Source: Azolla caroliniana
Lineage: Eukaryota; Plantae; Polypodiophyta
Assembly (NCBI GenBank): GCA_043228905.1
Contig: JBHGNT010000759.1
Location: 1 to 16,195 of the forward strand
Direction of reading: 5' to 3'
Length of the DNA: 16,195 nucleotides
Shown here: positions 10,295-16,195 of the stretch, piece by piece
Layout: each line of letters begins with the position of its first letter
How positions within the stretch are numbered: position 1 is the first letter of the stretch
The notes under the pieces: generated by a model
Told to the model about the DNA's origin: nothing
Databases searched by the model: none
The model's input: only the letters and a program-made list of their open reading frames with translations
Position numbers and translations under genes: made by a program

Positions 10295-10486
10295 CTGATG
10301 GCTAGAGTGAACAAGGAAAGGCTTGGTCAGTTTCTCAAGGAAATTAAGTCCAAGGAGAACACCGAAGACCGTTATGTGGCTGCGCTGCGTGGCGAGACCC
10401 TGACTGGTACACCTGGTGCTAGAGTTCGGGGCGGTGGCGGCACTTCATGGAAGCCTTTGACCAAGGAAGAACAAAATGAGAAATGA
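10295..10486 (+). CDS. Exon 2 (63 codons plus stop) of the same small membrane protein
   Basis: A T-rich tract and the acceptor ACAG|CTG at 10294/10295 are phase 0 and in frame with ORF 10232..10486. It encodes LMARVNKERLGQFLKEIKSKENTEDRYVAALRGETLTGTPGARVRGGGGTSWKPLTKEEQNEK*. The motif VNxERL...DRYVAALRGETLT is one I recall from the same plant family. Confidence 0.9.
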   Translation: MMARVNKERLGQFLKEIKSKENTEDRYVAALRGETLTGTPGARVRGGGGTSWKPLTKEEQNEK

Positions 10487-10646
10487 TATTCTTTGACTAA
10501 TCATTGCAAATGAGACTATTTGCTATCATTGCAAAATTATGATTGCTGAGGAGGATTGGGGTTCTGATGACCTTTCGTGCGATTTTATCATCTGGTGTTT
10601 AGGTCCTGATTACTTTCGAAAGGATTGTGCTGCGAATAGCAGTGCA

Positions 10647-10652
10647 AATAAA
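10647..10652 (+). promoter_or_regulatory. Candidate polyadenylation near-upstream element (AATAAA) for gene 1
   Basis: AATAAA lies about 160 nt after the TGA stop. Plant poly(A) signals are loose, and further AATAAA copies occur downstream. Confidence 0.35.
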
Positions 10653-11032
10653 GTGTTATTGGTTACAAAAAGGATATATATAAAAGAGACCCACTTTGCA
10701 CCATATTAAGTTTGGCAATGCAGTTCATAGACTGTTTTCTTCTGACACCATTCCCAATTTGTAAGCATATGTGAAAGAGAGCTACTCTGCTAAGGCAGTT
10801 AATCTGCTTTGCAGTTTTGTATAGAGGTTGCTATGCTGCCCTTTTTTTTCTGACTCTTGAGCTGAGGTGTAATAAATATATTTATGTGGTGTTCCAGTTG
10901 CCTTGTTTTGGGTAATTTAACGGCTTCTGGTATGGTTTGCCCATTGCATGTAATATTGCCCAGGTTTTTGTAGCATGACTACTTGCGCAGAGACTTGGTT
11001 TGGACAAGACAGCTGTGATGTTGAGTTCTTAA

Positions 11033-11078
11033 CTACCCGGTAATAGTACCGAAGCCTACTTGGTAGTAGTACAGAAGC
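11033..11078. repeat. Imperfect 23-bp tandem duplication
   Basis: CTACCCGGTAATAGTACCGAAGC is followed directly by CTACTTGGTAGTAGTACAGAAGC (19/23 identical). Confidence 0.8.
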
Positions 11079-12008
11079 TGCATAAATAAAATCTTATACC
11101 CAAATTCTTTTAATTGAATTTTGACAATGAAGTATGGTTGTAACTTGTAGATAAATAACATGGCATAAATTCTGTAATATGTATATATACAGATATTTGC
11201 TTCTACCATTAGTGTGGAGGTGAGGTATCTTCAAATTCATAACAAAGATTGGATAGTGCTTCATATTTTTGTGTGGATGGGCAAGTACATGTGATGTGAA
11301 TCCATGCTCAATTATTTTGTCATGATGTGATTGATTTAATTACGTACCATGCTTTTCTTAAATAGTCAATGAATCTAAAGAATGGATGATAGAAGGGACG
11401 CCTAGATTGAGTTGTGGTAACATTTAAATACACTTGTTTTGGTATAGCTATGAACATATTAAGATCTAGGGTAATACCTTCATATTTGTAACAAGATGCC
11501 ATCTCCCCATCTAGAATAGATAGATGAGCATTCTTTGCACGGGAAAAGCATTTCCTTACTAGAGGCGAAAGTAAAGGAAAGCAATGAAGTTTGTTATATC
11601 AAGTTCTTTAATAGGATTATAATGATAGCATATCTTAACATGATTAGTGGTGCATCTCCTCAAACAATAAGATCACACCGTTTTTGGACATTTACGGCTT
11701 CTACATGTTTCTGAGAGAAAAGCAAGGGCATGAGAAAATTGTATAAACGACTCTTTGGAAGCGAAATGCATGCAATCAATTTACGTCCCATCTCCAAAGT
11801 GCCAGATTATAACTAAACATGAATGGCTGATACAGGGTTGTGTTATAACACGAAGCACAATACGGTTTACAATTCATGTAGGAAACACGTGTATTTAAAT
11901 GTTTATACATACATGGGATTAGCTTCACAATATTTATGTATTGGATTGGATTGGAAGAGCAGTTGGTCTGCCTTCTTGTGAATGGGAAAATATAGATATA
12001 ACACACCA

Positions 12009-12150
12009 TGTATATGTGTACATACGTACATTTATACATTTATACATTTATACATATGTACATACATACATTTATACATACATACATACATACATATACA
12101 TATACATATTTATATATATAGCTAGCTATATATATACATACATATATACA
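12009..12150. repeat. Degenerate (TA)n/(TACA)n/(TATACA)n low-complexity microsatellite upstream of the methyltransferase
   Basis: Directly visible alternating purine-pyrimidine tract. Confidence 0.92.
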
Positions 12151-12263
12151 CTTTGCAGTTGTTTCACATTCCCATGACTGCAACGAGTCCCTTCTTTATA
12201 CATACGTTAGTTAGCCCTTCCCTTCCTGTGAAGTTGTATATTATATATTACAGACTGAGAAGG

Positions 12264-13313
12264 ATGGGCATGGCTGCCCTCTCTGTGCATCCATGGGTGC
12301 TCTATGCCTTCATCCTCCTCCTCTCAGGCTACATTGTCATCGACCTTGTGGCCAACCACACCTCCGACACCGATAACTGTCATGGAAGAAACCTAGAAGG
12401 GTCGCCATGGATTGCTAAGAAAGATGTTATCTCCGAGGCCGATGCATATTGCAAGACGATCGAAGGACACATGGACAGGGAGAAGGAGACGAGGAAGAGG
12501 AAGAGGAAAGCCAAGAAAGGAGCAGTAGAAGCAGAAGAAGAAGCAGAGGAGGATCCATGGGAGCAAATGAAATGGACTGGTGAAGCGGCCACTTGCCGTG
12601 TGAAAGGACACTTGATCGAGAAGCTCGACCCGGACAACAACTTCCGGAGGGGTTTCGCTCTCCGAATGACGAGCGATGTAGAGGACAAAACACATGTGCT
12701 TCCATGGCTTCTGGGCAGCCATGTAGATGTGAACCAGGCGAAGCGAAGAGTTTACCTAGATTTGGGCGCGAATGCCTTCTCGACAAGCATCACTTGGTTT
12801 ATGCGAATGTACCCTTGTGACTTCACTGAGGTTCACGCGTTCGAAATCGACCCAAACCTCCTCCGGATCCCTTCACCAGGGAGCTTTGATGAAGCTACCA
12901 ACTACGCCGGCCCTAACCACTTCTCGTTAAGTGTCAAATCCAGGTCCGGCGTGCCTGCTTGGATGCTGTCTAGAATTCACCTCTATAACAAGTTTGTGAG
13001 TGATTTCGACGATGAGGAGAATAAGGCGGTGAACATCACGCGGTTTATAAAGGAGGAGCTCCGCCTCCACCCCCATGACACTGTGGTTGTGAAGATGGAT
13101 ATCGAAGGGAGCGAGTGGCCCATACTCACTCGTTGGATGCAGGACCCGGAGATGGCTGCCATCGTGGATGAGCTCTTTGTTGAAGTGCATTATGACCACC
13201 CTAGCATGCATGCCTATCATTGGGCCAGGTTCGCTCCCAGAACTCGCGATGATGCCCTACGCCTCCTTGCAGAGCTCCGATGGCATGGCTTTTACGTGCA
13301 TGCATGGCCATAA
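12264..13313 (+). CDS. Type II membrane (probably Golgi/secretory) SAM-dependent methyltransferase with an FkbM/Methyltransf_21-like domain, about 349 aa, single coding exon
   Basis: Long GC-rich ORF. It has an N-terminal signal anchor (WVLYAFILLLSGYIVIDLVA), SAM-binding motif I VYLDLGAN, VHAFEID, and the FkbM-family hallmarks VVVKMDIEGSEW and VDELFVEVHY. The start is placed at ATG 12264, where coding-like composition begins. The in-frame ATGs at 12174 and 12270 are alternatives, and the ORF-track TTG start at 12153 lies at the edge of a microsatellite. Confidence 0.88.
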   Translation: MGMAALSVHPWVLYAFILLLSGYIVIDLVANHTSDTDNCHGRNLEGSPWIAKKDVISEADAYCKTIEGHMDREKETRKRKRKAKKGAVEAEEEAEEDPWEQMKWTGEAATCRVKGHLIEKLDPDNNFRRGFALRMTSDVEDKTHVLPWLLGSHVDVNQAKRRVYLDLGANAFSTSITWFMRMYPCDFTEVHAFEIDPNLLRIPSPGSFDEATNYAGPNHFSLSVKSRSGVPAWMLSRIHLYNKFVSDFDDEENKAVNITRFIKEELRLHPHDTVVVKMDIEGSEWPILTRWMQDPEMAAIVDELFVEVHYDHPSMHAYHWARFAPRTRDDALRLLAELRWHGFYVHAWP

Positions 13314-13472
13314 AAGCACCTAACTCTCAAGCCCATGGTACATGAAGGTGCACCTCACTTTTGAGGTTTCCCTCCACTACCTGCTACCATCTTTTATATA
13401 TTAACCACCACAATTCTGTATACATTTCATATGTTGCCCTGGCTTCTTATCCTTGAGGATGAAAACGAACCA

Positions 13473-13478
13473 ATAAAT
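13473..13478 (+). promoter_or_regulatory. Candidate polyadenylation near-upstream element (AATAAA) for the methyltransferase gene
   Basis: AATAAA lies 160 nt after the TAA stop at 13313. Confidence 0.35.
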
Positions 13479-14599
13479 CTCTTCTTATATCGCATCCATT
13501 ATAACTGTCCATGACATCCACGTCATCTGATGACATGGTTCCATATCCTTGCACTTAAAGGAATGGCTAAGCTAAATCTTCCTTTCTTATTAGTTTTTTT
13601 GCGTAGATTTTAAGTTAAATATTGTATCCATTGAGCACGTGACACATTCAGATGCACGAAAACATTACATCCACATTTTTACCTCCTAAGACATGAGAAT
13701 TTGATGTTTGGTTATCTTTTTTTTTCACAAATTCTTATGTGAGAAATTTCAAATTCCGTTCCTAATTTTACTTCGTGACATTTCACTACTAGAAAATCAA
13801 CAAACTGAGATTAATTTCTTATTTTATCATTTGATAAATAATATAAACAAAACAATATGAGAGCACTGACTCGATAGTTCAGATACCAACACACACCAAA
13901 GTTTGCTTATAATTCTATTATCAATACACACCAAAGTAATATATGACATGTTATGGCAGTTTAAAAATTATCCTTCACAACTTTAACATTGTGGTTTTGA
14001 TTGTAAAAAACTACTCTCAATTTAAACTGACATTATGTGTGCTAGTAGTTTGATTCTAAAAATAGCTGTAGATAAACATTGACGTTGTCACAAACTATGA
14101 TTTTCAGGAGACAATGTTTACAAAAATGGTACAAAAATGGATTTTTTTGTGTATAAAACAAAACCAAAGAGCGTTTAATGATTATACATGAGCAGGACAG
14201 CAGATATAAATGGGTGGGAATATTCATGATGTTAATCATTATCATCATCATCAGGATGAGAAGTCATCATCATCGTCTGAAGTTCTTGCGAGTGTAGGCA
14301 GGAATTCATTCATTTGCCCATCAGCATTCTTGTTTGGATAATGCATGCCATCTCCTCTCGGAGGAAGTTTGTGTGGTAAAAGCATCAGCAGCCACCAGTA
14401 GGAACCCCCTCTATCAAACAGGGACCTTAGATTTTGTAGTCTTCCCATGTCATATGGATTTACATATTGAACTACATCCTGTCTCTAGAAAGAGCTTAAG
14501 AAGGATCAAGGTTTTGAGCTATTACCATATTTATATATAAATTCTTTTTTAAATAACAAGGACCTATTTACCTCTCCTTTTAGTTTTGCTTCTCTTCGA

Positions 14600-16195
14600 G
14601 CTTGACGTCGTCGTCGCCGATACGCATAGAAATCAATGGTTGTCTACACAGTGCAGAACAGAGTGAAATAAAGATGGGGGAAAATGCACCAAAATATGTG
14701 TATAGAGATTCATACATGCTTTTGGTTATTCTCCAAATTACCTATATTTGCTTCAACAAAGCTGAGGTCTTAAGTTCATGTGAAAACAATAATTTAAGTT
14801 CATGCGTATTTTGCATATTAATTAAAGAACAATTAGTAGTTAGATATTTTATGTTGCAAAGTAGATTTCCCAATTATTGTAGTCAATTTAAAATCTTCAT
14901 CTTTTTGACCATGCATATCTAGGTCATTGAAACAGTGCAATAGTATACCTTCTAATAAATTTCCTGTAAAGATATGGATTGAAGTTAATCAGCCTCTATG
15001 CAAGGCCAAGACAATGATTATGCACGATAATGTGAAGAAAAAATATGATTCAGAGAAGACGGACTAATATAAAATGATATGATGTTAGAGTACCAAAAAT
15101 AAAAGACAAATGTATAAAGGATTGAAGTAAACAAGGGGCAAGGGCTGAGCTTCAATTACAGCACAGTTGCCAATGGAACGAAACCTAGGATGACCATACC
15201 TGGGCGTCCAAACCAGTACAAGAGGCAGACTAGTGCTTGAAAACCTATATAAGGGTGAGAAAGGCATGAAGAGAAGAGTGACCAAAGAGAGTCAGTATGC
15301 TGAATTAATAACCAACGAGAGGCTGTGACTGTTAAGGACTTAGTCTCATCATAATAGGAATGTAAGTTTTTGTGTACTGTCTGTGCAGATAGTATGAACT
15401 TGGTCTTGTGATATCTGTTGGAGGCATCCCTTCAAGGAGCTATATCAGAAGAGAGGAAGAATAAGAAGTAGTCCGGGTCAAATATGGAGAGTCATCAGGA
15501 ATGTGACAACCAGATTAGACATTAATCGACCAGCCAACAATTCTTGTCAGTTCTTCCGGAGTGATCCTAACAACTTATCTCAGGAAGTGGAGTGCAATCT
15601 AGCAATGGAACTGGAAATCCAAAGGCAAAGCAGCATTCAGGTGTGGATCCAGATGATGAGCACATATGGTAACTTAGCGTTTAGACTGAGTATGAAAAAC
15701 TGTCAGGTTGGAGGGTCTTAATATTAAAACAGGAGCTCAGGCTCAAGGTCAAGGACATAAAAAAGGAAAAAATGATATATTGACAGCTTTTAAGAGGCCA
15801 ACATGGCTTATGAGAACAGATGGGAGATTGCAGTTTGAAATGTTGTCTAATATTTGAGAACAAACCAAAATAAATATAGCAAAATTAGTAAGACTAAGTG
15901 AGGTACTAGATTATCGGTACCTAAGTACTTAACATTCTGAGAACTGTGTTAAAGGAAGTAGCAAGAAAAGCGTGAAGGAAAGAAAAAGTATGGTATGAGA
16001 TTTGGTTGTATTGTATGGCCCATGTAATAAAGGAAGCCAGCCTTGGGTAAAAATCACAGACCGCTGGTGTGATGTGTAAAATGTGAGCTTCAGAAGCCCT
16101 GAAGTGATGATCCTGTCCTCTGTACAGACATCCATGGTTCCAGATCAAGCCCCTGAATAAAATCGGGCGACACATATCACATATGAAAGAACCCC
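14600..16195 (+). mobile_element. Degenerate LINE ORF2 remnant (end of the endonuclease region through the RT N-terminus), running off the window
   Basis: Fragments in the right order and spacing: SSSPIRIEI (about 14608; cf. SDHxPI), RVTKE (about 15275; cf. GDRxTKxFF), PKAKQHSGVD (15619-15648; cf. KGKAPGxDG) and HKKGKNDILTAFKRPTWLMRTD...EMLSNI* (15756-15857; cf. IPKKG...WRPITLLNTDYKILAKxLANRL). The plus strand is A-rich, as is typical of LINE sense strands. Confidence 0.5.

Noticed and set aside
10564-10623. CTGATGA followed by a CCTTTCG/CGAAAGG stem in the gene 1 3'UTR, resembling a hammerhead ribozyme core
   Set aside because: The GAAA is part of the stem rather than following it, and I could not build stems I and III or an NUH cleavage site.
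12380-13220. Overlapping ORFs inside the methyltransferase (12380-12688, 12393-12722, 12427-12786 and 12927-13220 on minus; 12593-12820 on plus)
   Set aside because: These are shadow frames of a GC-rich coding sequence. The products are low-complexity and have no recognisable motifs.
13518-13644. CCACGTCA (hexamer/bZIP-like) and CACGTG (G-box) motifs downstream of gene 2
   Set aside because: These are short motifs with no associated transcription unit and are compatible with chance.

Overview
AT-rich eukaryotic DNA from a land plant, probably a large-genome non-seed plant such as a fern (inferred from the gene families, long intron, microsatellites and decayed transposons). It holds two intact plus-strand genes. 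Gene 1 has two exons (7270-7470 and 10295-10486, 2.8-kb GT-AG intron) and encodes a 130-aa single-pass membrane protein of unknown function. Gene 2 has an intronless CDS (12264-13313) for a type II membrane, FkbM-like SAM-dependent methyltransferase. The flanks look like heavily decayed transposon remnants, recognised only by eye from short motifs: LINE RT at about 545-965 and 14600-16195, CACTA transposase on the minus strand at about 970-2200, and a PIF1/Helitron-like helicase at about 4060-5480. The most notable observations are an array of nine perfect TGTCTC auxin-response hexamers just upstream of gene 1, a possible Cbp4-like architecture in gene 1, an unusual stem in the methyltransferase and a cluster of related palindromes at 63-159. 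I found no prokaryotic features, CRISPR arrays or structural RNA genes, and I cannot demonstrate a novel multi-gene system.
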